From Candidatus Woesearchaeota archaeon (GTDB taxonomy: Archaea > Nanobdellota > Nanobdellia > Woesearchaeales > DSVV01), in assembly GCA_018661705.1 (NCBI GenBank), contig JABJHR010000001.1:47042-111041 (forward strand): a DNA stretch of 64,000 nt, written 5' to 3'. A model generated the notes under the pieces. That model ran no database searches. It worked only from the letters and a program-made list of their open reading frames with translations, and was not told where the DNA came from. The translations under genes and the position numbers were made by a program. Shown one piece after another: positions 36,456 to 45,902 of this stretch; position 1 is the stretch's first letter, and each line of letters opens with the position of its first letter.

Positions 36456-37625
36456 TTACTTTCTAAAATACCACCACAAATATCCCAAATACAAAAACAA
36501 TACTATACTCATTACTAAGAATACATTTTTTACTCCTGATGTGTCTGCAATAAAACCAAAGATTGGAGAGATTATTGCGAAGAATATATTGCCAACTAAT
36601 ATGCTAATTGACATAACAGTTGCTCTATGATGAGAAGAAGCATGTTTATTAATAAAATCTGCCGTAAATACATTCTTTAAACTTCCAGATGTTAACCACG
36701 TAAGGATTGCAAATGGAATGCCTATCCATGTTTTAGTTAATGCTGAAACTAACAGAAGAACAGCGGGAAAACCTACTACAAAAATTGATGTATATTTTTC
36801 TTTTAATCTGCTTTCTACATCATGAGCTATCTTTCCACCAATTGCGCTAAAGGCAAACATTACTGCATATAAAATACCAATATATTTTATGCTAACACCC
36901 ATGTCTTGAAAATATACTTGAAACATAAAGAATGTTATAAACATAAATCCACCAAGTAATGCGGATAATCCCATAATGAATTTAAGATCTTTATGTTTTG
37001 ATGTGAAAATAAGAGTTTCTTTTATGTGTTGAAAATATCCTTTTTCATATAATTGTTTTTTATGTTTTGGTTCTTTGAATGAAAAGCAAACTATTCCCGC
37101 AATTAATATGGGGACAACAGATATCCCAAAAGTAAATCTCATTGAAATCGCAGCTGCAATCGCAGCTCCAAACATTCCCACAACTCCAAACATTAGGTCG
37201 TTTATTGCATAAATATTGCCAATTACTTTTTTGTATAGTTTAATATTTTTAACTTGTTTTAGTGTGTCATAAATAAACGCTTCTTGTACTCCAAAATAAC
37301 TGGCAGTTGCCATACCTAAAATAAATTCACCAGCAAGAAACCCATAAAAATTATGACTAATAAAAAATATGAATGTACCGGCTGCATTAAGTAGTTGAGA
37401 TAGTATTAATACATTTTTTCTACTCCAAAAATCAGCTAATGCTCCCATTGGTATTGTTGCAAAGAGCATTATAACAATGTAAAACGTCTGTAATAACATT
37501 GATTGTGTTAAACTTAAACCATTATCTCTAAGATAAAGAATCCAAATTGGAGAAGTGAATACAGCACTACCAAATATTCTGTATAAGTAATACTTCCAAA
37601 TGTTTGATTTAAGTTTATTTTCCAT
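36456..37625 (-). CDS. MFS transporter
   Basis: GALADFWSRK motif A, about 12 TMs and RATVMSI. Confidence 0.9.
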   Translation of the reverse strand: MENKLKSNIWKYYLYRIFGSAVFTSPIWILYLRDNGLSLTQSMLLQTFYIVIMLFATIPMGALADFWSRKNVLILSQLLNAAGTFIFFISHNFYGFLAGEFILGMATASYFGVQEAFIYDTLKQVKNIKLYKKVIGNIYAINDLMFGVVGMFGAAIAAAISMRFTFGISVVPILIAGIVCFSFKEPKHKKQLYEKGYFQHIKETLIFTSKHKDLKFIMGLSALLGGFMFITFFMFQVYFQDMGVSIKYIGILYAVMFAFSAIGGKIAHDVESRLKEKYTSIFVVGFPAVLLLVSALTKTWIGIPFAILTWLTSGSLKNVFTADFINKHASSHHRATVMSISILVGNIFFAIISPIFGFIADTSGVKNVFLVMSIVLFLYLGYLWWYFRK

Positions 37626-37704
37626 TTGGTAAGATTTCTTTGTAAGGTTTATAAACGTTTGTGTTGTTTTGGTTTGATTTTGACGTGGTTTTATAGATGA
37701 TTGT

Positions 37705-37823
37705 GTAAAAAATAACGACAACAACGGCACAGACGGACTAAAGTCCTACTCGGCTGGTGCTTTGGAGTTCGTAGAACTCTCTTTCTTCGCACCACCTCGC
37801 CTGGCCATGTTGTTATTTTTTAC
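37705..37823 (-). repeat. Family A three-way-junction repeat, copy 6 (extended P2 arm)
   Basis: Minus strand: GGCCAGGCGA-GGTGGTGC..GAGTTC TAC GAACTC..GCACCAGCC-GAGTA-GGACT TT AGTCC-GTCTGTGCC. Confidence 0.9.
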
Positions 37824-37890
37824 TTCTGCGTTATATACCAAAGAATACTTTTTCGTAACATATATAAACCTGTACAGTTTAAAGAATCTC

Positions 37891-38406
37891 ATGAATTGGA
37901 CAAAACTATTATTTGTTTTAATTGTAGTATTACTTTATGTACCAATGGTTTTCTTAGGTGCAAATGTTTTCTTTCCTGAATATACTACTGGAAGTGGTGA
38001 TTCATATTATAGGGGTTATGAAAAATGTAACTTTCCAAAAGCAATTCCTTCAGAAGAATATGAAACTGAATTAACAGAAGATTATCAAGATTGTATTGAT
38101 GCATCACAAGAAGATGAAAAAGAATGGAAAGAAATTAAGAATGCATACAATGGAAATAAATTTGTATTCATTACTTTGTTTAATTTGATTATATTACTTT
38201 TAGCGTTGTTTGTAACTTTGTTTAATAGTAGTGTTATAATGGGTTTATTTTTAGGTGCAACAGTTTCAACATTCTCAGCAACAATGGCTTACTTTGAAAC
38301 TAATAGTAAATTAGGATTTGGTGTTTTAGTTGTGATTTTTTTCCTAGCATTGTTTTTCATTAGTAAAAAGAAAGATAGTTTTATGGATTGGAAGACTAAT
38401 AAATAA
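37891..38406 (+). CDS. membrane protein (4 TM, extracellular Cys pair)
   Basis: Hydrophobic segments; start moved to ATG 37891 because the track's extension reads through a repeat. Confidence 0.75.
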   Translation: MNWTKLLFVLIVVLLYVPMVFLGANVFFPEYTTGSGDSYYRGYEKCNFPKAIPSEEYETELTEDYQDCIDASQEDEKEWKEIKNAYNGNKFVFITLFNLIILLLALFVTLFNSSVIMGLFLGATVSTFSATMAYFETNSKLGFGVLVVIFFLALFFISKKKDSFMDWKTNK

Positions 38407-38448
38407 TTCTTTTATTCTTTAGTTTTTAACAAGGGTGGTTTCTTTATC

Positions 38449-38726
38449 TATTTGGAAATCATCATCTTGGCCGCGAATTAAATAGATTTCTTGTAGAAAT
38501 TATAACTTAAAGGAAATCTATGTCATAAAGGATTTTGTCTTGAATTGTTTAATTCACCTTAAGGCCAGGACGAAGATGATTTTATTTATTTATTTGGAAA
38601 TCATCATCTTGGCCGCGAATTAAATAGATTTCTTGTAGAAATTATAACTTAAAGGAAATCTATGTCATAAAGGGCTTTGCCTTAAATTGTTTAATTCACC
38701 TTAAGGCCAGGACGAAGATGATTTCC
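38449..38726 (+). repeat. two tandem 134-nt structured elements (period 142), candidate ncRNA
   Basis: 38449-38582 and 38591-38724 differ at only 4 positions; nested stems. Confidence 0.9.
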
Positions 38727-38730
38727 TTAA

Positions 38731-39519
38731 TTATCCAAATGTAGAAAACTTACTCATAAATATAAACTCATAATTACTGCCATTAACAAATGCTTTCTTG
38801 TCTGTGATGGAAAATGCATATGTTTCTGGATCTAATGGGAGAATTTGAACCTCTAAATCATATTCTGTTGTAAGGCTTTGTAAACATTCTACACAAATGG
38901 TTGTCATGTCTTGAGTTTGCATTGGAACGTATTCTACTAATAAATCATGTATTGTGCCTAATCTGCAGGGCATGTCTAATTGAAATTTCTTTAATACTTT
39001 AGAAGCACTACCTTGGGTTATTGTAACTAGCATTTCTGTTTCTACTAAAACATTATCTCTTGCAATAATTATTTCTGTATCTGGTTCATCCATAAAAACT
39101 TCTATTCCTTGTTCTGCAAATGGTTGTAATCCAAATAATTTTGCATTTAACGCAGCATCAATTGAATAACCTAACTGTTTTTCTAAATCATTTCTCGGAA
39201 TTAAATAAGCATCATCATAATAAAACAAAAATGGTATTGAGGAAATAGGATCTGTATTATCAGGAAGCTCATAATAACCAGCTTGTACTCCATTATTAAT
39301 CAAGGCTTCAACAGTTGCTTCTTCTAACGCACTATTAACAAAACTTGTAACACTAACACCTAATGCATCTAATTGTTGAGTAGATTTAGTTGTTACCTTT
39401 ACATCAACTCCACTAGACAAAGAATTAAAATACCATAAGAAAACAACAAAGATTAACACAACAAGACCTAGTATCATGAATAAGGTAATTTGTGATTTCT
39501 TCCCTCTTTTATTTATCAT
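38731..39519 (-). CDS. class III signal-peptide (archaeal pilin-like) protein
   Basis: KRGKKS|QITLFMILGLVVLI N-terminus. Confidence 0.7.
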   Translation of the reverse strand: MINKRGKKSQITLFMILGLVVLIFVVFLWYFNSLSSGVDVKVTTKSTQQLDALGVSVTSFVNSALEEATVEALINNGVQAGYYELPDNTDPISSIPFLFYYDDAYLIPRNDLEKQLGYSIDAALNAKLFGLQPFAEQGIEVFMDEPDTEIIIARDNVLVETEMLVTITQGSASKVLKKFQLDMPCRLGTIHDLLVEYVPMQTQDMTTICVECLQSLTTEYDLEVQILPLDPETYAFSITDKKAFVNGSNYEFIFMSKFSTFG

Positions 39520-39638
39520 ATTATTTATTTTAGAGAAAGTAATATAAAAAGGTTTCTAAGTAAAACAACAAATATTTCTTAAGAATTAATATGTGAAATT
39601 GACAAAATGTAGGCAAAGACACCAAAGTTTATAGGAAA

Positions 39639-40940
39639 TTAAGGACTCCACCTTATCATTGTCCTTGGAAAAGGAATTGCGTCTTTAATATTGTCTATAC
39701 CACATATCCAGGCTACAACTCTCTCTACACCAACTCCATAGCCGGAATGCGGAACGGAACCATATTTCCTTAGATCAAAATAGAAATTGTAATTAGCAGG
39801 ATCTTCGCCATCTTTTTTCAAAGATTCTTCAATTGCTTCAATATCAGTATCTCTTTGACTACCACCAACAATTTCTCCATAACCTTCAGGAGCTAGCATA
39901 TCAAAACATAATGCTTCATCTGAAACTTCTGGGTCTCTTGGCTTGTAGAAAGCCATGACTTCTTTAGGATAATGAGTTACAACAATAGGAGTATCAAAAT
40001 GTTCCATTATTTTTTCTTCTTCAATTGTTCTTAAATCTTTACCAAACTTAACATCCATGTTTGATTTTTCTTTAAGAATTTTTAATGCTTCTCTATACTT
40101 GATAGTTGGCCATTTTTTCTTAGCAGAAACTTCTAGTTTTTTAATGTCTCTTTCTAGTAATTTTAATTCTTCTTTTCTTTCTTCTAAAACTTTTTTCAAA
40201 CAATATTTTAATTCTTCTTTTGCTAATTCTGTAATATCATGTAGGTCATACCATGCTACTTCTGCTTCAGCCATCCAAAACTCAGATAAATGTCTGGATG
40301 TTTTAGATTTCTCAGCTCTAAACGTTGGACCCATATTGTAAATCTTTTCTAAAGCAAAAACTCCTGCTTCTGCATATAACTGCCATGATTGTGATAAATA
40401 AGTTTTTGATTTATAATATTTAACTTCAAATAAAGTTGAGCCACCTTCACATTGGTTAGGTTGTAATATTGGAGCATCAAATCTCCAAAATCCTTTTTCT
40501 CTGAAAAATTGATCTCTTGCTTGAATATAAGTACTTCTAATTTTAAGAATAGCAGTCATTCTTCTGCTTCTTAACCATAAATGTCTATTATCTAATAAAA
40601 ACTCAGGTGATTGATCTCTTGTAATTGGAAATGTATCACAAGCTCCAATGATTTCAAAATCACTTACATGAACTTCATAACCTGATGGGGCTCTATCTTC
40701 TTTCTTAATTTCTCCATAAATTTTAATAGATGTTTCAATTTGTGCTTTTTTTATTGTTAGATACTTTTCTTCTCCAACTACGCCCTTATCAATAACACAT
40801 TGAATTATGTTAGTAGAATCTCTTAATACAACAAATTTCAGTTTAGAACTGCCTCTTTCCCTATAAATCCAACCTCTAATGGCAACTTTACCTTTGCCTT
40901 GATCCATTGCTTCTTGTATTTGTAAGAATTTCTCTGCCAT
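39639..40940 (-). CDS. asnS: asparagine--tRNA ligase
   Basis: IRGW..R, LLDNRHLWLR, YLSQSWQLY, FRAEKSKTSRHLSEFW, GEIVGGSQR and PHSGYGVGVER. Confidence 0.95.
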   Translation of the reverse strand: MAEKFLQIQEAMDQGKGKVAIRGWIYRERGSSKLKFVVLRDSTNIIQCVIDKGVVGEEKYLTIKKAQIETSIKIYGEIKKEDRAPSGYEVHVSDFEIIGACDTFPITRDQSPEFLLDNRHLWLRSRRMTAILKIRSTYIQARDQFFREKGFWRFDAPILQPNQCEGGSTLFEVKYYKSKTYLSQSWQLYAEAGVFALEKIYNMGPTFRAEKSKTSRHLSEFWMAEAEVAWYDLHDITELAKEELKYCLKKVLEERKEELKLLERDIKKLEVSAKKKWPTIKYREALKILKEKSNMDVKFGKDLRTIEEEKIMEHFDTPIVVTHYPKEVMAFYKPRDPEVSDEALCFDMLAPEGYGEIVGGSQRDTDIEAIEESLKKDGEDPANYNFYFDLRKYGSVPHSGYGVGVERVVAWICGIDNIKDAIPFPRTMIRWSP

Positions 40941-41090
40941 GTGGATAGTTGTAGGGTTGTTATTTATAAAGTTTATTGGGAACAATGGGAACAATTAGAA
41001 CAACAACATAAATTAGACCTAAGTGGCATCAATTTCAATACTATACCTTATTTCATAATCTTTTTAAACCCATCATTAATATTCATGCAT

Positions 41091-41789
41091 ATGTTAAAAT
41101 TTGTATTTAGTCCAAGATGGTTCTATGGTATAGATTGCATTTCAGCAGTTTTAGCATTAATTATTACACTTTTGATTGCTGCGTTTAGTTATAAAATCTA
41201 TAAGTTCTGTAAGGACAAGAAATACAAGTACTTAACACTAAGTTTTTTAACATTATCAGCATCATTTTTCTTTAAATTATTAACAAATGTAACTGTTTAT
41301 TATGATGTTACAAAGGAAAAAATGCAAGAAGGTCTTGTTTTAACATATTCTGTGTTAGAAAGTTCAGATCTTTTAGTTTCACTTGGTTTTATTGGGCATA
41401 GATTCTTATTTTTAGCTGGTTTTATGGGATTATTCTACTTATTGTATCAACATAGAGATAAGAAATTATTGATAATCATGACCTGGTTAATCTTATTAGC
41501 TACATGGTTTAGCTTAAGTAATTACTTCTTTTTCCACTCAACAGCAATATTATTCTTAGCATTATTGTTTTGGTATTATTATAGAGCATGTCAAACATCA
41601 CCTAAGAAAAAGAGAAGATCTCAGAAAGATGTAATGTTTACTTTTTGGTTTTTAGCAATGAGCCAGTTAGCATATCTATTTGTATCTGTTAGTTTACATC
41701 TGTATGCCTTAGCTGAAATATTACAATTAATTGGATTTCTACTGCTTTTATTCACAATGTTAGGTATATTTAGGAAAACAAGGAAATAG
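41091..41789 (+). CDS. 7-TM membrane protein
   Basis: Seven hydrophobic segments; start near 41085-41091. Confidence 0.7.
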   Translation: MLKFVFSPRWFYGIDCISAVLALIITLLIAAFSYKIYKFCKDKKYKYLTLSFLTLSASFFFKLLTNVTVYYDVTKEKMQEGLVLTYSVLESSDLLVSLGFIGHRFLFLAGFMGLFYLLYQHRDKKLLIIMTWLILLATWFSLSNYFFFHSTAILFLALLFWYYYRACQTSPKKKRRSQKDVMFTFWFLAMSQLAYLFVSVSLHLYALAEILQLIGFLLLLFTMLGIFRKTRK

Positions 41790-41872
41790 TTTTAGAGTGC
41801 TGAGTTCTGGGTTTTGAGTTATGAGTTGGTTAGTAGTAAGTGGTTCTGAGTGTCGCTGCCATCCACATAACT
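41789..41872. repeat. Family C partial (G/T-rich arm)
   Basis: GAGTTCTGGGTTTTGAGTTATGAGTTGG...AGTAAGTGGTTCTGAGT. Confidence 0.65.
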
Positions 41873-41921
41873 GTATAAAAAACCATTACATTAATAAATA
41901 AAGCTGCATTATCCCATATTT

Positions 41922-42194
41922 ATGCCTGCAAGAAGATCAAGAATCGATATTATCAGCGATATTTTGGATGCAATCCAGAAAAAAGGCGGCAAAATCAAGC
42001 CAACTCACCTTATGTATAAGGCTAATCTTTCTCATAAATTAATGACTAGTTATTTGGAAGAATTGATTGAAAAAGAGCTAATTAAGGAGATTCAGGAAAA
42101 AGCAAACAGATATATCACGATTACAGACAATGGACACATATTCTTAGAGAAATTCAGGCAAATGAATGAATTTAAAGAAAGTTTTGGACTATAA
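41922..42194 (+). CDS. archaeal winged-helix transcriptional regulator
   Basis: RRSRIDIISDIL...PTHLMYKANLS...YLEEL...Y.ITDNG..FL. Confidence 0.88.
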   Translation: MPARRSRIDIISDILDAIQKKGGKIKPTHLMYKANLSHKLMTSYLEELIEKELIKEIQEKANRYITITDNGHIFLEKFRQMNEFKESFGL

Positions 42195-42404
42195 ATTTTA
42201 ATTCTGTAAAAAATGACTCGTTCGTGGTCACCTAATAATAAGTTCCTGTTAAGTATAGGTGACAAACCTTGAATAAATCTAAAGCTGTAAATGGCACTCA
42301 CTAGCCAATTGGCGACATTTTTACAGAATTAATTCTTACATAAATTTTAAATAAATCATATGATGTTATACATTCTAATTTAAATTTTACAAAGAGGTGA
42401 AAAT

Positions 42405-42647
42405 ATGGCATTAAATGCTAAAAGTTTAGGACTAGCAGGTGGAATTCTATGGGGAGTTGGTTTATTGATATTAACCTTAGTTTCTGTTTGGACTGGTTAT
42501 GGGACTGCAATGCTTAATGGTATCGCAAGTATATATCCGGGATATAGTATAGGCTATCTTGGGGCAGTAGTTGGATTAATATATGGTTTTGTAGATGCAT
42601 TTATTGGATTGTATGTATTTGGTTGGCTGTATAATAAGTTAGAATAA
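42405..42647 (+). CDS. small membrane protein (family often labelled holin-like)
   Basis: LNAKSLGLAGGILWG...YPGY...G...G.IYGFVD...FGWLYN; SD GAGGTGA. Confidence 0.75.
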   Translation: MALNAKSLGLAGGILWGVGLLILTLVSVWTGYGTAMLNGIASIYPGYSIGYLGAVVGLIYGFVDAFIGLYVFGWLYNKLE

Positions 42648-42729
42648 TTTTTTTCTTTTTTTTCTTTTACTGGGGCGGAGCCAATACAGCTCACTAAACT
42701 TTTTTGTTTATTACAAACTATAGAAATAA

Positions 42730-44511
42730 CTATTTCAACTTAACGCCAACTTCATCTAATTGTTCATTATCAACATTACTTGGAGAACTTTCCATTAATG
42801 ATTCTGCATTCTTTGTTTTAGGGAAGGCTATAACTTCTCTGATGTTTTCTTCTTTACATACCATTGCAGCTAATCTGTCTAGACCAAAAGCAATTCCACC
42901 ATGTGGGGGTGCTCCATACTTGAATGCATCTAATAAAAATCCAAATTTAGATTTAATTTCATCATCTTTTAGCCCAATTGCTTTGAAAACATTTTCTTGT
43001 ATTTCTCTACTATGGATTCTTATTGAACCACCACCTAGTTCAACACCATTTAGCGCTAAATCATAGGCTTTTGCTCTAACTTTAGATGGATCTGTTAATA
43101 ACATTCCCATATCTTCATCTTTTGGAGATGTGAATGGATGATGCATTGCTATATGTCTTTTAGCGTCTTCATCATATTCCATCATTGGAAAATCTACTAC
43201 CCAAATAAAACTCCATTCATCTTCTGGAATTAATTCTAATTTTTTAGCTAAGAATAATCTTAATTGTCCTAAAGCAATATCAACAATATGGTGTTTGTGA
43301 TCTCCAACTATTAATAATAAATCACCAATGTTAGCAGATACTTTTTCCATAAGTTGTTTTTGTAATTCTTCACTAAAAAATTTAGCAGACATTCCTTCTA
43401 ATTTCTTTTTAGTATCAGTTCCTTCTACTTTAACCCAAGCTAAACCTTTTGCATCATAAATCTTTGCAACTTTCTCTAATTCATCAACTTCTTTTCTTGA
43501 GAACTTTGCACAACCTCTTGCATTAATACATTTAATGCTTCCGCCATTCTTAATAGTTTCTGTGAAAATTTTGAAGGATGATTTTTCACCAATCTCTGAA
43601 ATATTTTTTAATTGCATTCCAAATCTTACATCTGGTTTATCACTACCATATTTAGCCATTGCATCTGCAAATGTAATTCTTGGAAATGGAGTTTTGATTT
43701 TAACATCAACTGCTTTAAACACATCTTTCATTAACCCCTCCATTATTTCATATACATTTTCTTCATCGACAAAACTCATTTCAACATCTATCTGTGTAAA
43801 CTCTGGTTGTCTGTCTGCTCTTAAATCTTCGTCTCTAAAACATCTTGCAATTTGAACATATCTGTCAAAACCACTAAGCATTAGAAGTTGTTTGAATATT
43901 TGTGGTGATTGTGGTAAAGCATAAAACTTTCCTTTATGAACTCTGCTAGGAACTAAATAATCTCTTGCACCTTCTGGTGTTGATTTAGCTAAAATTGGTG
44001 TTTCAATTTCTAAAAAACCTTGCTTATCAAAATAATCTCTAGTTGCTTTTACAATTTTATGTCTTGTGATAATATTTTTTTGAACACAATTTCTTCTTAA
44101 GTCTAAATATCTATATTTTAATCTCATTTCTTCTGTTGTTGTTGTTTGTTCTTCAATATCAATAGGAATTGTTTCTGATTTATTTAAAACTGTAATTCTA
44201 TCACAAATAACTTCAATAGATCCTGTTATGATTTCTACATTATCTTGGCCTTGTGGTCTTGTTCTAACACGGCCCGTTACTTGAATAACATCTTCTCTTT
44301 TTAATGACTCAGCTGCTTTATGTGCATCTGCATCATTTTTTGGATCAAAAACTACCTGCGTAATACCATAACGATCCTTTAAGTAGAAAAAGATAAGTCC
44401 ACCTAAATTCTTAACATGCTGTACCCATCCACATAAGGTAACCTTCTTACCATTATCCTTTAAAGCTAGCTCTCCACATGTATTTGTTCTATAAGCAGTT
44501 GCTTTTGCCAT
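42730..44511 (-). CDS. aspS: aspartate--tRNA ligase, bacterial type (GAD insertion)
   Basis: RTNTCGEL, STPEGARDYLVPSR, LPQSPQIFKQ, FRDEDLRADRQPEFTQ, HHPFT and GAPPHGG; 593 aa. Confidence 0.96.
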   Translation of the reverse strand: MAKATAYRTNTCGELALKDNGKKVTLCGWVQHVKNLGGLIFFYLKDRYGITQVVFDPKNDADAHKAAESLKREDVIQVTGRVRTRPQGQDNVEIITGSIEVICDRITVLNKSETIPIDIEEQTTTTEEMRLKYRYLDLRRNCVQKNIITRHKIVKATRDYFDKQGFLEIETPILAKSTPEGARDYLVPSRVHKGKFYALPQSPQIFKQLLMLSGFDRYVQIARCFRDEDLRADRQPEFTQIDVEMSFVDEENVYEIMEGLMKDVFKAVDVKIKTPFPRITFADAMAKYGSDKPDVRFGMQLKNISEIGEKSSFKIFTETIKNGGSIKCINARGCAKFSRKEVDELEKVAKIYDAKGLAWVKVEGTDTKKKLEGMSAKFFSEELQKQLMEKVSANIGDLLLIVGDHKHHIVDIALGQLRLFLAKKLELIPEDEWSFIWVVDFPMMEYDEDAKRHIAMHHPFTSPKDEDMGMLLTDPSKVRAKAYDLALNGVELGGGSIRIHSREIQENVFKAIGLKDDEIKSKFGFLLDAFKYGAPPHGGIAFGLDRLAAMVCKEENIREVIAFPKTKNAESLMESSPSNVDNEQLDEVGVKLK

Positions 44512-44555
44512 TAGATATATAGATAGAGTTGATGGTTTTTAAATGTTGCTATAAT

Positions 44556-45020
44556 CTATTCTAATAAACGGTTTGTTTTGTTACGGTAATCATTAATTTT
44601 ATTGTGATTTAATCTCTCAATGAAATCAGTTATTTCTGCAATAAAATCTTCAGCAATTTCAATTGCTTGTTTTGTTTCATCTTTACTAACATCAAAATCA
44701 ACATAATATTGTTTGTCAACTCTCTCAGATTTTGCATTTGATATGTTTTTATTGTCAATCTCAAAAACATTTTTTAGTAAAATTATTGAACCAGTATGAT
44801 TTTCACATTTTATACCTGTTCTAAAAAGAAGTGCCAATAGGCAGTGGTACATTGAGTAATAAGCAAGAGCAACAGAATCTTCTAAGTTTCCTATTTTTAA
44901 CAAAGCTTTAGCAGATGATAATGATTTAGAAGATTTATGTAAATATGCTTCTTTAATTTCCTCACTTGGTTCGACTAGTTGTAATTTTCCTTCTTTGTAT
45001 AACTTAATCAAAAAATTCAT
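44556..45020 (-). CDS. HEPN domain protein (UPF0332-like)
   Basis: AYYSMYH...NH.G...R.DKQY; overlaps the upstream MNT gene. Confidence 0.85.
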   Translation of the reverse strand: MNFLIKLYKEGKLQLVEPSEEIKEAYLHKSSKSLSSAKALLKIGNLEDSVALAYYSMYHCLLALLFRTGIKCENHTGSIILLKNVFEIDNKNISNAKSERVDKQYYVDFDVSKDETKQAIEIAEDFIAEITDFIERLNHNKINDYRNKTNRLLE

Positions 45021-45546
45021 TTTTCTCAAAATACTCCTCGACACCTTTTATTATAATATGATCTTTTTCAACCTCTTTAATTAATAGGTTTTTTTTATCA
45101 TAAATTCCAATCTTCACATTAATCTTTGAGTTAATTGCTTCAACCTCTTGTTTTATTTTTTTATCTCTTGTTTCAATATAAATATCTATGTCACTGTGTT
45201 TTTTTGCAAGGTCTTTTGCATAGGATCCAAATAAGATTGCTAATTTTATTTCAGGGTGTTTTTTTATTCTATCAATTATTAATCTTAATTTAGGATACTT
45301 TTCTAATAAATAGAATAATTTGTTTAATTCTGTAATACATGCAAACTGCTTTGCTTCAAGTGTTTTTTTAAGAAAGAAAACTTTGTTTTTTCCTTCTACT
45401 TTATAATCAACAATGTTTTGCTCATAAAGTTCATTTATTTTTCTTAACACAGTCATCTGATTTGTGTTGAGAAGTTTAGCAAGACCTCTAATGTGGTTTT
45501 TGTTTTTTAGTAATTGTTTTATAATGTTGTAACAAATTTGTGACAT
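45004..45546 (-). CDS. HTH-fused minimal nucleotidyltransferase (MNT)
   Basis: N-terminal HTH; LFGSYAK...SDIDI. Confidence 0.88.
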   Translation of the reverse strand: MSQICYNIIKQLLKNKNHIRGLAKLLNTNQMTVLRKINELYEQNIVDYKVEGKNKVFFLKKTLEAKQFACITELNKLFYLLEKYPKLRLIIDRIKKHPEIKLAILFGSYAKDLAKKHSDIDIYIETRDKKIKQEVEAINSKINVKIGIYDKKNLLIKEVEKDHIIIKGVEEYFEKNEFFD

Positions 45547-45584
45547 ATGTAACAGAAATGTTACAATTGTATTTAAATGTTTCG
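45528..45584 (-). promoter_or_regulatory. promoter with two TGTAACA-N4-TGT(T/G)ACA operators
   Basis: Palindromes at 45548-45565 and 45528-45545, just downstream of BRE/TATA CGAAACATTTAAATA (45570-45584). Confidence 0.7.
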
Positions 45585-45653
45585 GTTTTTTTGTCTATTG
45601 TTCCTGATTGAAGAAAAGAAACTTTTTATACTAATACACCAATTTAATCTAAC

Positions 45654-45902
45654 ATGGACACATTATTCACAATCAGAGGATTTATATTTCTTATAGCTGG
45701 GTTATTATTATTTTTATTTCCAGTTCATGTTCTAAGATGGCAACAGAAGTTAGTTTATTTTTTAGTTGCGAAGTTACATTTTAGATTTATGGAAAGGTTT
45801 GCAGAACACCGTGAAAAGGAAGGATCAAATGCAATGAGGAATATTGGTATCTTCTTTTTAGTTGTTGCAGTTGGATTGTTTGTGTATGCTTGGTTTAATT
45901 AA
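45654..45902 (+). CDS. small 2-TM membrane protein
   Basis: Two hydrophobic segments; TATA upstream. Confidence 0.65.
   Translation: MDTLFTIRGFIFLIAGLLLFLFPVHVLRWQQKLVYFLVAKLHFRFMERFAEHREKEGSNAMRNIGIFFLVVAVGLFVYAWFN

Noticed and set aside
42405-42647. Prophage indicated by a holin-like gene
   Set aside because: No capsid, terminase, integrase or lysin nearby; the flanks are housekeeping genes.
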